Assembly: GCA_038496445.1 (NCBI GenBank)
Contig: JALMLS010000204.1
Coordinates: 310,001-374,000, forward strand
Source of the DNA: Trichosphaerium sp. ATCC 40318
Lineage: Eukaryota; Protista; Tubulinea
Direction of reading: 5' to 3'
DNA: 64,000 nt
Below, piece after piece: positions 24,751 through 40,030 of this stretch. Each line of letters begins with the position of its first letter. Position 1 is the stretch's first letter. Under the pieces are notes generated by a model. The model ran no database searches and was not told where the DNA came from. It was given only the letters and a program-made list of their open reading frames with translations. The translations under genes and the position numbers were made by a program.

Positions 24751-27700
24751 ATGACGGCACCTGCAATTCGTGCTTGCAAGCAACTGCAGAACCACTGCGC
24801 TCGCCTACTTCAAACCGCTTTATCAGCGTTAGAAATCGGCCAAGTTAATGTCGAAAACATCACACTTCTCGCTGCCAAGGTTGTCAAGAGAGTAAACACG
24901 CTACGGAAGCAACTCAATTCCACAGAATACAATGAATCATCCAAACAAGAAATTATGCGCAAATACAAGGACGCTAGGTATGTTTACGTTTGTTTTTGTA
25001 CCCACAGCATCGTATCTACGTCCAATTTTGGTAACATGTCCAATGACGCTATTGCATAGGCGTTGTACGTCAGGCTTTATAAGGATAACGAAAGAACAGC
25101 TAGAATACCTACCAAAAAAGAAGAACGACTCTCCAGGCAAAATAAAGAGTAATTACCAACTTATCGTTCAAACGCTTGCAAGCCTCATTGAACACTTGCA
25201 AAAAGCAAAACCACCAACAGACGACAAAGCTAGCAAACTAAGACGAAGTCACAATAAAGGAGATGGCGAAAAAGCTAAATTGGCTGCATTACTGCCATCC
25301 CATAAAAGGTACCGTTCGAATACAGCTGGCAAGGCAAAAAAGTATTGATTTTCTAAAAAGGGGCTTTGAGCGATCGCCTTCTTACAAGATGGACCTTCTC
25401 GCACGTAACGCTAGCGTACCAACAGACGATAAGTATGTTTTTTATTGTTTTTACGTTAAATAAATTGTTTTTTAGGGCCTGGAATAGGGATGATCCTCCT
25501 GGAGCTGAGTACCCACCTGGAGCACGTAAAAAATCACAAAGAGACCGCGCAGAGAGTGTTAGTAGTGTTGTAAGTCAGAGTTATTACGAGAGTTTTTTGT
25601 TATTGTCAACACTTGATGAGTACTACTTGCTGTGGTTTAGCTAAGTTTTTTCTGTAGCCTTTGCTACGAAAAGTATCTGAAGGAAGAGCTAGAGACGCTT
25701 TGGATGCTAGAGGTAAAAGCCAATCTGCTCGCGAACACAAGAGACGAGACTCAGAGGCTGTACCAATACCTAGAGGTGTAAATTCACAAGGTAGCAGTAA
25801 ATCTTTTCGCGCACTTGGCTCTCCTACAGGCTTCTCAGGTATATATTTTTTTTCTTTTTTTTTGTTTTGGCCTCAGTCTTGTTTCCTATTTATACATTTT
25901 TTACTTATTACTGCATATAGGCATGATAGAAGAGTATCAACTATCATCACCAAACTCTTGTCCATCTTCATCACGCGTAAAGCTGTCACAAAGACAAAAG
26001 AGATCATTCACTTTCTCACCTTCGTTTTCACCTGCAAACCTTGATCATTATATGCAAGACGTAAGTCTAAAATACCTTCATCCTGATGATGGCCTAACGC
26101 GAATTTTCTTTTTGTAGGCCAAACTTGCTGCACAGAGTATGAGACGTGTTCAGTCTGAGCCTTATTTGAACTCATGGGACTTTGAAACAATGAGAAATAA
26201 CACTGTTGTCATTGCACAGAAGCCAAAGATTATAAAACCAAGTAAAAGAAAAAAGAAACGACGAAAATCAAAGAGAGCTAAAAAACGAGCAAGAAGTGAT
26301 GTATCATCTATGCAACTTGATGGGTAAAAAAAACACATCATTTATATTTCTTGTAGACTGAAAATACTGATTTTTCGATTAGGCTTTCTAAAGCGTCGTT
26401 TAGAGCGCGTTTAAAGCAATATGAGCATCCGTATGCTGTTGTTACAAGTATTGAACACCATAAGGATAGCACAGAAGTACTTGGAGGGACATTATTCTGC
26501 TTACTTAACGTTCTAGTAAACCCAAAGTTATGCAGTATGTGCTTTTTTTAGTTTTTTTCTTTTTTACGTGCTTTACTCGTTTTACAATTTTTGATCAATA
26601 ATCCTTATAATCCCTTGTAGAAGCTGATTATGTTGATGCTTTCCTCGCTACTCACCAACAAATCATCGATTCCTTGGTATTTTTCGAGAAGCTTATGCGT
26701 AGATACAATGCGCAGCCTCCTGAGGGTATACCTCCTTCTGCAGAGTTTGCACGAGATAGCGACACGATACAAGAAGGGTACGATGGTCTTTTGTTTGTTT
26801 GTTGAGTTGCTAACATTGCGTAGTGTCATACGTGTGCTTTTGAGGTGGATTACGCTATATTTCAACGAACTCGTTAATAATATCGAATGGTTGGAGATGT
26901 ACAAGCATTTTTCTGACTCACTTAAGCGTGGTATGTAACGCTATTACCTCATAACCAATTGAAGGCTTGTTATGCTAATTGATGTATCATAGGTAATCAA
27001 AAGGATAAAATGTACTTGAACAGGTTGGCGCGTGAAACTATGCGTCAAAAATACTTGCTAGAGAATCCTGAAGAGGTTGAGGTGCCTATACCTTTTATAC
27101 CAAGTACCAAGCGACAATTATCTCTATTGTCTATAAAACCAAAGGAAATAGCTAGACAAATCAGTTTACTTCAATGGGGTTACTTTGTTGTACGTGTAAT
27201 ACAATCAGAAAAGACCAAAACCGGAAACCTAACAGGCTTAACACTAAAACCTCTTCCTTAGAACATTGACACTAAGGAATTTCTTAATCAGTGTTGGATT
27301 AAAGATCCTGCATCGTCTGAAAGCTTAACAGCTCTTATTCATGAGTTTAATAACGTACGCATTGCAAATACATGCAATACGATAAAAATCGATGTATAGC
27401 GTCTCCAAAATACACTAACGTGTTGTTTGCAACTGTAGGTTTGTTATTGGGCAGCAACAGAGATAGTCTCCGCAGCGAATAGAAAAGCTCGTGTAGTAAC
27501 CCTCATACACATTATTCAAGTAGGAGAGTCATTATGGGAGTTACAAAACTACCATGGACTTATGGCATTATTCTGCGGAATGAACTTATCTGCCATTCAA
27601 CGCTTGAAAAAGACGTGGAAGCGCGTACCTAGAAAGTTTATAAAGACTTTACGCGTTTGGCAACATTTTCTCGATTCTAGAGAGAATTACAAGGTGTATC

Positions 27701-28075
27701 GTAGCAAGGTTAACAATGAACTAGAGAATACAAAGAACCCAGTTCTACCGTATATGGGTACGCGTAGTCGATGAAAAAAAAACCTAAAAAACAAACCAAT
27801 ACTAACTATACCACTCTTCAGGTGTAATCCTTCGTGCTTTGACACATCTGGAGGAGTTGGACGATAAATTGTCGGCCATGCCAGAATACTATAACTTTGA
27901 TAAGCTCCAAAAATATGCTAGACTGCTAGGAGCAGTACGGGAGCTTCAAGGCAGACCATTTTTATTCGCACCTGTTCAATCGATTCAGGACTACTACATC
28001 AACTCCACTAAATTTTCTGATGACCAGCTGTTAGCGCAGAGTAGACTCTGTGAACCAGTATCGTTTGATTCGTAA
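24751..28075 (+). CDS. Ras guanine-nucleotide exchange factor (REM + CDC25 domain)
   Basis: REM (GGTLFCLLNVL...FLATH...RVLLRWI). CDC25 (LLSIKPKEIARQISL, WAATEI, LQNYHGLMAL..GMNLSAIQRLKKTW, PVLPYMGV..LTHLEE, YNFDKL). Confidence 0.9.
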
Positions 28076-28225
28076 AACGATGGGTCCCTGTATTGTAATG
28101 TACTATGGAATTAAAAAAGTGTAAGTCAGTTTTGATTTGTTGATGGCTTAAAGCCTGTCTTTCTACATCTGCGTGGAAGTATGACAGTAAAAGATATTAT
28201 AGTATTAGCGCGATTTTGTGTTTAA

Positions 28226-30309
28226 ATGCGTGGTGCTGCGTCTTCCGTGCGTGTAAGGCATCACTCGAAGCGTATTAAAGCAAATGAACGGTATGTATAA
28301 GTTTAGACACGTAACTGACGTCTACAGCTCAAAAAGCAAGCCACATGGGTATTGGCATGATATTGCGAACCGACGAAGGAGCTTTGATGCTGCTGGCGTT
28401 CGTTTAGGTGTAACTAGGCTAGATGATTGGTATACTATACCTCGATCAAAAATTAGGGAGTTAGATGTCATAATAGGCCAGTAAGTGTCAAATCATTTCG
28501 AATTTTCATTAACTTTTGTGAAAAGTTACAACGGATCCTATTTCACGACATTGAAGGAGTTGTACCCAGAACACAACTGGGAGTACTACCTTTTTGTTAA
28601 AGGATCCTATAAAGCGTAAGTACATACTTACTTTCCAACGTTACGGTTGTGCTTACAATCAACAAGACGAAAGGCGTTATCACCTAGAAAAGAAAAGATT
28701 GGTCTGAAATCAAAGAAAAATATTACATCTAAAAGCTATGCAAATGCAGCACTGAAGGTTGTTTTTGATGAGATAGCACTTAAACTGGATTTAAAAACAT
28801 GTGAAGATTGGTATGATGTTCTAGCTAGCGATGTACACTCAATAGATGGAGGTAATTTAGTAAAAGAGTATGAACCTTTAAATTTGTTTTGTATACTCAC
28901 TTATGTTTAGGTTTGCCTCACTCGCTGATGCATTGATACATGTGTACCCAGAGTTCAAGTGGAAAGAGACATTATTCAAGTGAGTACTTAGAGCCTCTAT
29001 GCAGGCTGTATGTGCCATTCACTTACTTTTTTTTAGCAGTGTATCACCAAAGTACTATTGGGATGACGTTTCAGCACAAAGGCGTCGTTTTGATGCAATT
29101 GCACGTGAACTTGGACTTAGTTCACTAGATGAATGGCACAATGTGACTAATATTTCTCTATGTCGTGTTCTTGGTGGTGCTGGTATAATCAAAAAGTAAG
29201 TTGAAAACAACAAGCCATTGGCTCATGTTCTGTTATTCTTCAAGCTAAACAAATTATTAAAGGTATAGTCACTCACTTTCTAAAGCTTTGAATGCTATCT
29301 ACCCTGAACACAACTGGCGTTTTAAAAAGTCCGTGACTCCTCACTTCACTGTGGTATCCATGTTTATTTGTTTAGACAACTACCTTATGGCTACTGGCAA
29401 GACGAAGAGAATCAACTTGCGTTTTTACAAAAGTTGGCTGTTGAACAGAATATTACTAATCCTGAAGCATGGTGTGTTTTCTTTGCATCATTCTTTTTCC
29501 TTTGTCTCATTTTTGTTATTATAATAAGGTATCGTGTTTCTTCAGTTGATTCTGCTCCTGTATATAGAAGATCTTCTTTTCCATTTATATTGGAAAGATT
29601 ACATCCTGGTTTTGAGTTTGATTGGACAAAGTTTGTTTCAATATCAAAGAAATCAAAACAAAAGTAAGTCAACTCAACATCTTCTGTACACATTTATCTG
29701 TTTCTTTACACATCTTGTTCTTATCTACAAATAGGCAATTATTACAGTATCTAAAGAGGTTATTGCCTGATGTATCTATACAAGAAGAACACTATATTCA
29801 TGGTGGTACACTTGGGTCACCTTTATCTGTCGATATTTTTATTCCAAAATACAATCTTGCGATTGAATATCAAGGTTTGTAACAACAACCAACTCCTTCC
29901 CATACAATGTTAACTTAATATCTAGGCGAGCAACATTATATTGATAAGCTGAAGTTTATTCCTCCATCAGCTATTTTCAAAGGGCGTGATAGCGACAAAC
30001 GTGAACAGTTTGCTCAACAAGGTAAGTAGTTTCTCAGAATTCAGTTATTGACAACATGGTTGGGACATGGTTACTTTATGAATGTCAAGAAAGAGATTAA
30101 TTTGATGTTTAGGTATAACGCTTGTACCAATACCATATTGGTGGAAAGGTGATATCGACAGTATAGCGTTAACACTTAATAAGATAATGCCAGAATTAAA
30201 TATAGAATATAAACCAGGAAAACATGCACAGCTACTTTCGGAGATGGTTCCTGAAAGTAACGAGAGTATTTCTATTATGAACACAGATAGCGTGTCTTTT
30301 ATTACATGA
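28226..30309 (+). CDS. Helical-repeat protein with C-terminal PD-(D/E)XK/RAP-like domain; possible organellar targeting
   Basis: About four repeats of P.GYW.D..N.R..FD.....LG...LDDWY....YPE..W. Tail LSVDIFIPKYNLAIEYQGEQHY...RDSDKREQFAQQGITLVPIPYWW. Arg-rich N-terminus MRGAASSVRVRHHSKR. Confidence 0.75.
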
Positions 30310-30769
30310 GACGACTATATCTGGCTGAAGTCGTGTAACATAGAATTTGTTAACATTAATGGACAGTGGAGTCGGTAAATAAGGTAACAAGTGTGATTTT
30401 GTCGTTCTACTCTGTAATTGTACTGTACATCATTTCAAATTAAACCATTTGTTTAATATGATTAGTTTCATAGGCATAATGAAGTCATATTTTTGTATTT
30501 GTGTTATCAAATTCAAAGCATCGCGGGCCACTATGGGGCAACAGTGTTGGGAATTTCACTGAATTTATTTTTGTATAAGTATTGCACCTACTTGGCAGCT
30601 AGAGATACGTTTGTTGTGCTCTACTAGTTGGAAAAACATGCAATAATTGTACTTGCGTATCTATCTATTTGATCCTTGTGGAATAAAGTCGAATCTTATT
30701 TTGACTTCAAGAAGAAAACTGATTTTGACTGTCAAAACTTTTTTATTTCACTTCGCGGGCAAATCTACA

Positions 30770-33263
30770 ATGGCCTCAAGGAAGAGGAAATACGGTGATG
30801 TTACTTCTAAAAAGAAAGCTTGTAAAGAATGTAGACTAAAACACGTCAAATGCAATGGAAGACAGCCGTGTAAGCGTTGTAAGAAGTTCGGTGTTACTTG
30901 TACATACCTTGCGCCAAAAAAACGTGGTCCTCAGCAAGGTACACGTTTTATTTTCAGTTTTTATGTTTTTTGTCGTAAAAACATGTGTAGGATATCGAGA
31001 AAAGACTCGTTTAGAGATGATTGAAGCAAAAGCAGAGTTAGAGGAACAAAAAAAAGAAGTCGCTCGTTTGACCCAATTGTTCAATCAAATTAAGCCAGTA
31101 CGTTCTGGTGGTTGTTGAGGGGGTAGGATTAACTTGATAAAGGCGGTTTCATGGATAGAGGCCCACTTTGGAGTAGTATCACATATTACGTCTCACTTTG
31201 AGATGTACCATAAGTACATGTTGCCTTGGCATGTACGCTACGACTTTGGGGGTTTTTTTTTGCATTTCGGAGTACTTTGATTGAATTTCTAGTAGGGAGT
31301 TTCTTTGCAGAAGTGGACTGCTTCTACATTATTAGATATGTTACGTACAAGCACAAGTATGTAGTTTATGGCTAGAAGTAGTAATCTTTTTAATACACTT
31401 CCAGTTTGTCGCGTGCTTTCAAAAGGCGGAATTGCTAAACAGATTATAGCTTGGTTCTTAGATCCAAATGTGCTTGAAGTAACTACTTGTTTGGCTTGGG
31501 GTGCAAAGCTAGGTGGTTATCATGATCATGCGGAACAATTTTGTGGAACATCAAAACAGATTGTGAAGAATCTGTTCGATACTAAGCATACAGCACTTGC
31601 ATGTTCGTTTTTTTTATATTCATCTCGTTTTCGATGTTTACTTTTGTTCCAGCTGCAGGGTATAACTTAGGTATTTATTTGGCAAACTTTGGTGATATTT
31701 TTGAAGGTCGCTTTTACGAAGACATGGCACTAGGTCAGAAAAGAAACCTTCTAAATAGTTTTTTTTTTTGAAACGTTCACGTGCTTTTTTGTAACTTTTA
31801 CCTCTTTAGCTATGACACGACTCTTAGCGAAAGATAAAACTATAATGAATGACCCAGTGAGTATGAGAAGGTTACGTACAATAGAAACAAGTTTTGGATT
31901 ATACCGAATGAACGAGAAATCCCGGTAAGCAAACATCAAGTTTTTTTGAACAAGTTTTTTTATACGCTAACACGTGCTATTGAAGAAATGATGCCGCAGC
32001 CAGTTATAGCAAAGTAAAGAACGCATTTACTGATACAAAAGATTTCAACGAAGTTGATGTCATTCAAGCAACATGGGGAGCCATACTAAGCGTAAGAATG
32101 AAGCCTTAACATTATTCCTAAACGAACTAAAGGTATGGGTTAGAGTGGCCAGATTACCTTTTTTTACGGAGCCTATAGCTCTAATGGTATGTATTAACTT
32201 ATTAACCATACAATTTTCATTGATAAAATAGTACCCAGAGGAATACACGCACGTAATGGATCAATTAAACAACGCAGAACATTTCATAGAACATCACCTA
32301 AAAATAGCTTCACCGTTGAATGTAAATTTCTTTTCTACATTGATAGCTTCTATTGTACCATTAGTGAATCAAGCAGCAAGATACCATGAAGAAGCCCGTG
32401 ATGTACGCTTAAACAAATAAGTTGCCAGTGGTAAGATGTTAACTGTTGAAAATGTTAAGGGTGCTTGGGCATGTTGGTACACTTACCGATATTGTGCTTC
32501 GATAAGAATGTTTCCTGCAAGTTATTGTATACCATATAATTGTTCATGCATGGCAATAATTAATGGAGATGAAAACCTATTTAAAGATGTATGTAGCTTC
32601 AAAGTGGTTTTTGGTTTTTATCACTAAACTTTTCTTTAGGCTTTCAAAGAATTGCTGGCACTGTCGAAAAGTTGGAGTGTTGCAAAAATGCTTGTTTGGT
32701 ACCTTTGATATTGTTACATAGAAAACTAAGTATAACACATAGCTTTATCTTTGAAGAGAGTAAAGAACAACATTTTGACTTGAAGGAATTTGATCATGTT
32801 GTTAGAACAATCAAAAGAGAAATGTAAGCACAACACACCTTTGCAAGCTTAAGATATTTACACTCTCAATAGGGGTATGTACGTAGATAATTCACAAATG
32901 CAAGAACCAGTTGATGGAGACTATTCAAACGGTAATATAGACTTGTCTCCAGATGTTATACAGCCATATAATCCGGATATATTGTCACCCTCTTCTCCTG
33001 AGATATCATTACCTTATCAAGAACCAAAGATCTTATTGCCTGATGTGCCAGCTACTAATATAGGTGATATGTCTATGGATAACCCAGAGAAATTATCAAC
33101 GTGTACACCATCAGAAGTATTACCACAAGAAGCGCAAGAGATCGGTTCATTGTTCACCTCTTTGCCTCAAGATGAAGTTTTCTCCTCGTTTGGACCTAAT
33201 AATGTTGATGACCAAATCGTATATATTGATAGCTCTCCACCAAAAATGTTTATTATCACGTGA
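30770..33263 (+). CDS. Zn(II)2Cys6 binuclear-cluster (GAL4-type) transcription factor
   Basis: KACKECRLKHVKCNGRQPCKRCKKFGVTCTY followed by KKRGP, a coiled coil, a helical middle region and an acidic C-terminal tail. Confidence 0.85.
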
Positions 33264-33458
33264 CAACAAAAAAAAAATAAAAATTGTACAATGCCTTACC
33301 ACACCGTTTCTCAAACTCCGCTTGTTTGAATATTTGACAAAGGCATTAAACAATTATTTGAATTAAATGCGTCGCTAAAAATTCGAAAAGAGACGGAACA
33401 TGCTATGTCATTATTTACAGGTTTATTTTAAAACTACAGCATTAATTACACATACACT

Positions 33459-35929
<2,471 letters not shown>

Positions 35930-36112
35930 TCGTCCACACCTGGTTTTATACTAAAGGCCCTGTTGTTCAAATAAACTTCTCAAAACTTTAAGTTTTCTGC
36001 TATGCTTTCAAAACGAAAGTCAAGCTCGTTCAATTAATTGAAACGTCAATTTTTGCTGTGTTGCTGTGCTGTATGCTCTTCTGATATGTGCCTACGAGAT
36101 TATTGAAACAAT

Positions 36113-37652
36113 TTAAGTAACCAAATCGCGCATTGCGTGCTTCAAAGAGCTAGATAGAGAGTTAGACTAAGAGTCTTTCTGAGCTGATTAAAGTTCAGTA
36201 TTATACCGCTGGTGTGCGCGTTTATCTCTGTTAGCGAACTCTATAAAATTCCATACTACTTCAGGGTAGAACTGAGTTAACATGTTTGGATAATAAGGTA
36301 CTAAACCAACAGCACCATGCTTGATTATTTGAGATCTTGATACTCTATACCAATCACTTGGCTTGTTTATATTATATTCTCTTTCTAATGCCATTATACT
36401 TCTTTTTACATTCTCATCGTTTAACCAAAAACTCTTTGGCTTCCTTTCTAGATAAGCACGACGTGAGAATTTAAGTTTTATTCTCAAAATTTCACTAAAG
36501 ATTTTGACACGTACCGTTCACTGAAGTTCGAAATTTTGACACTTGCCATTTGTATTTGGGGTATAACTTCTGTACCATTCTTGAGAATGTTCCATAGTTT
36601 CTTACGAGTTGGTGTAAACCATAACTGCATGTAATACAAAAATTGCGTACTCTAAAAGGCCTGAACCACCATGATCTGTTAATCTCTTACAAGTCAAGTT
36701 ATAGTAATCAGAAAGTTGGTACAATGACAGGTCCTTTTCCATCTACAGTACTAAATTAATACATAACAGTACAATGTAACACAGAGAAGAACATACATGG
36801 TAAATGTATTGTCTTTGATTTGCTTTTATAGACCAAAAACCACGTGGAACGCTTGCTACCAAAGATGTTAATCTTTCCTTCATTTCTTGTGTTTAACTTA
36901 CGAAACTTCCACGGTACCCACTCATGTTCGGGATACATACGTTGAAGCAATTTCTGAGGAGACTCTCCGTATTGTCTTATGTACGTTAAAAGATACAGTG
37001 CAAGTGTCAGAAAAAAAAGGAAAAAAAAACATACGACAACAAAGTACGGCCTTGCAAAGCCACTATCGCCTCAAACGTCACGTTATACCAATCCTCTGGC
37101 TTACTAATGCCAAGTTCTTTTTCTGCCTAATTCAAGTAAGTCTTGCAGAATACATAGTTCTATCCTTGACATACGTAAGCCATCCACATTACTTGGTTTT
37201 TCTTTTGTTGCCAAAATCCTGGCGGTAACTTATCAGAGAATAGCCAAGGGAGCCATGAGTATTCTGGATATACTGCAGACGCTATTGCGAATACAGAGCC
37301 ACATAGACTGCCTGTTGTTAGTTGTTAATTGAAGCGTTTTTAACCGTACCGAAGAACAGGTACGCTAGCGAAGGTGGAGAGCTGTGACAACGTCACAGAG
37401 TACCATGAGTTGACATTTTCAAAATTAAGCGCTACTTCAACCTATAAGAGCGGTTATGATGTATATACGCGTATATAAGTACATGTGCAGCAAGTTGTCG
37501 CTGTATACTAAGTTTATCACGCTTTCTTGCTAATATTGTTACATAACGCGTTTATACTATAGGTTGGTACCAACAGCGACATTAGCAAGGTTTTTGGCTT
37601 GATTTGGCCTGAAACGGTATTGTTGATTGGCTAATAAAGCACTCCCGCGCAT
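36113..37652 (-). CDS. Helical-repeat protein paralogous to 28226-30309, lacking the nuclease-like tail
   Basis: Repeats PPGFWQ..ENQVMWM, LVKPEDWY, YPEHEWVPWKF, RKPKSFWLNDENV..INKPSDWYRVS..FYPEVVW. Ends DKRAHQRSLKHAMRDLVT*. Start inferred (MRGSALL...). Confidence 0.7.
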
Positions 37653-37807
37653 TACGAGATGAGAAACAGTAAAAAAAAGCGTTCAAAACGCGTCACATTG
37701 TCCACTATGGTCAAAGCTACATGTCGACATTTGAAAATGCCATCAACAGTATGGGTATTACATGGTACAATAGTTTGATATGAAGTATATGTGATGAGAA
37801 AATTTGT

Positions 37808-39645
37808 TTATTTATATTGGGCGTTGAGTAGTTGCAGCCAGTCCGGTTTGCTAAACATGTGATTGTTAGTTAAGTTTTTTTTGTTTGTTGAGTTTTTAGG
37901 TTTTTGTTGATTTTTTTCCATGTACCTTTTTTCTATTATTGAGAGTAACTTCATTCTAGAGAGTAATGTATTACCTTTTCTCTCTGATACAATTTTTTTA
38001 TATACAGCAATAAAAGCTTGTAATAAATGAACACCTTGTATTGTTTCTTGGTTATCTATTTCTATAAGGGAGTCATCATCACCTATTTGGACCTCTTTCA
38101 CTATATTTGATGCGTTTTCTTTGCCCTGTTGTCTAGCAATAGCTTCTCTTGCTGCACGAATACATGCTTCATTTGTCAAAGACTTTAAATCACCGCAGTT
38201 GAATCCTATTTTTTGTTTAAGCCTTTTCGATTAAGTCAGATGGTTCTTTGTTGTACCTCTTGTGCAATTAGAAAATAATTCAAACATCTTTTCACTCTTA
38301 AGATTGAGGTAACCAGGTTTTTTTTGTAGGTAGAAATCAATAAGCTCCTTTCTTGTATTGACATTTGGCATTGGCATGTTGATTATTCTATGTGGTGTTA
38401 AGTTTCGAACCCTTTTTTTTTTGGGTTGATTGTTGACTTACCTGTCGAATCTACCACTTCGTAGAAGAGCTGAATCAACTTTAGTTACATCGTTTGTGGC
38501 AGCTAGTACAAATATATTCGGATTCCTTCGTGATAAGCCATCCATACACGTGAGCTTTTACATTTTTTGTTAGTTCATTTTTAAGCAAAAAGTTTTGGAC
38601 TTTTACCATTTGTGAAAGCGTTTGTGTTCTATTATCCATTCTATTACGAGTACCCAATGAATCCAATTCATCTATAAATATGATACATTTTTGGGTAGGC
38701 TATTTGTAAACGTCAGAAAAAAAACCAACAAGATCTTGATTCCTCTTTTTTTCGGATATTTCTTTACCTTAACAACTGCCTTTCCAGTAAGTGAGCTCCA
38801 AAACTTCTCTGTAAAAGAATTTGTAGTGTGTTTTTCAGCTTGATCAAATAATCCTCGAACACGTTGGGCACCACTACAAACATCTCGACGTCAAAAAACG
38901 CATCTCAAACCCTAAAAAAAAAAAATCATACCGTCCAACATAAACTTCATCGAACTGTGCAGCGCTGGCATATAAAAATTTGGCATCAGTGATCCACGCC
39001 AATGCACGTGCGTAATGTGTTTTACCAGTGCCTATAAAAGAATGTAAAAAAAGGAACTCAACATCAACAAACAAGTCTTCTTAACCTGGTGGACCAACAA
39101 GAAGAACACTAAAAGTCGCTTTAGCACAATTAACAGAAAAAAGTGTACAAACTATTGTATATAGCTTTCTTTACGATTCGTACCCTCCAGGCGTATGAGA
39201 ACCAAAGCGTTGATACACCTCAGGGTATTTTATAAGTGTGATAATCTCCTCTGCGTCTTCTGGCATTTTACCTGTAAGAATTTAGCCCACTGAGTACGAG
39301 AAATAGCGATAGTATGCGTTATTGCGTTTAAATTTAATGTGTAGCGGTATAAAGCAATATACCTGCCCAAAACTGCTCCAATGCACGATTCTTGTCTTTT
39401 GAAGCGCCTTTAAGCCTAAAATTGAAGTTTGTCTTGTCTGTTAACATTCTCTTCATTAATCTGTACATATTAGGGTTGTATAATGATTTCTACGCGTACA
39501 GTTGTGTAAGGAACACCATTAAAGAAAATCCGAGCAAAGTTTTAGCCAATTGGAACAGAAACGTTGCAGTTTGCTTTTTCTAGTGCTTGTCATCATTCCG
39601 CGGGCGTTTATTATCATACCTTGGCAGCATTTGTAGCTGCAGTTC
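37808..39645 (-). CDS. Membrane-anchored FtsH-like AAA+ ATPase without a protease domain (5' end uncertain)
   Basis: TM segment LLGFSLMVFLTQLLM. Walker A GPPGTGKT, pore loop FDEVYVG, Walker B IIFIDELD, second region of homology DSALLRSGRFDR. No HExxH before the stop. Confidence 0.8.
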
Positions 39646-40030
39646 CTAAAAGATTGCCCATACTAATGAATCTTTAACTGTACGTTTGTAGACAACAATG
39701 ACTATACTTCAATAGAATTTGACTATCAAACCGACTTCTTGTTTTGGATGATAACAAAACAATCTGCTTTTCGTTCACAATAGTGCAAGGTGTGAAGAAT
39801 ATTAACATGCTGGACAACGAACATGTGACACCCACGTGATTAATTATGGTACATTATTTTAAAGGTACGCTATCAGGTCTGTGCCAATAGAGTCCCAAAT
39901 GGTTACAATAACATCATTGGTTCATGTATACCTTATGAAATGGTTTTATTTATTATCACAAAAAGATGGATATTAACAATATTCTAATTAACTAATGTAC
40001 ACTTTAACACTTTTGTTAAAGAAATCAACG

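Noticed and set aside
39802-39817. C-P-A-C-stop on the - strand as a possible ChrA-like MNIO precursor
   Set aside because: It lacks the GxG tail, has no supporting start or ORF, lies about 18 kb from the MNIO, and is likely chance.
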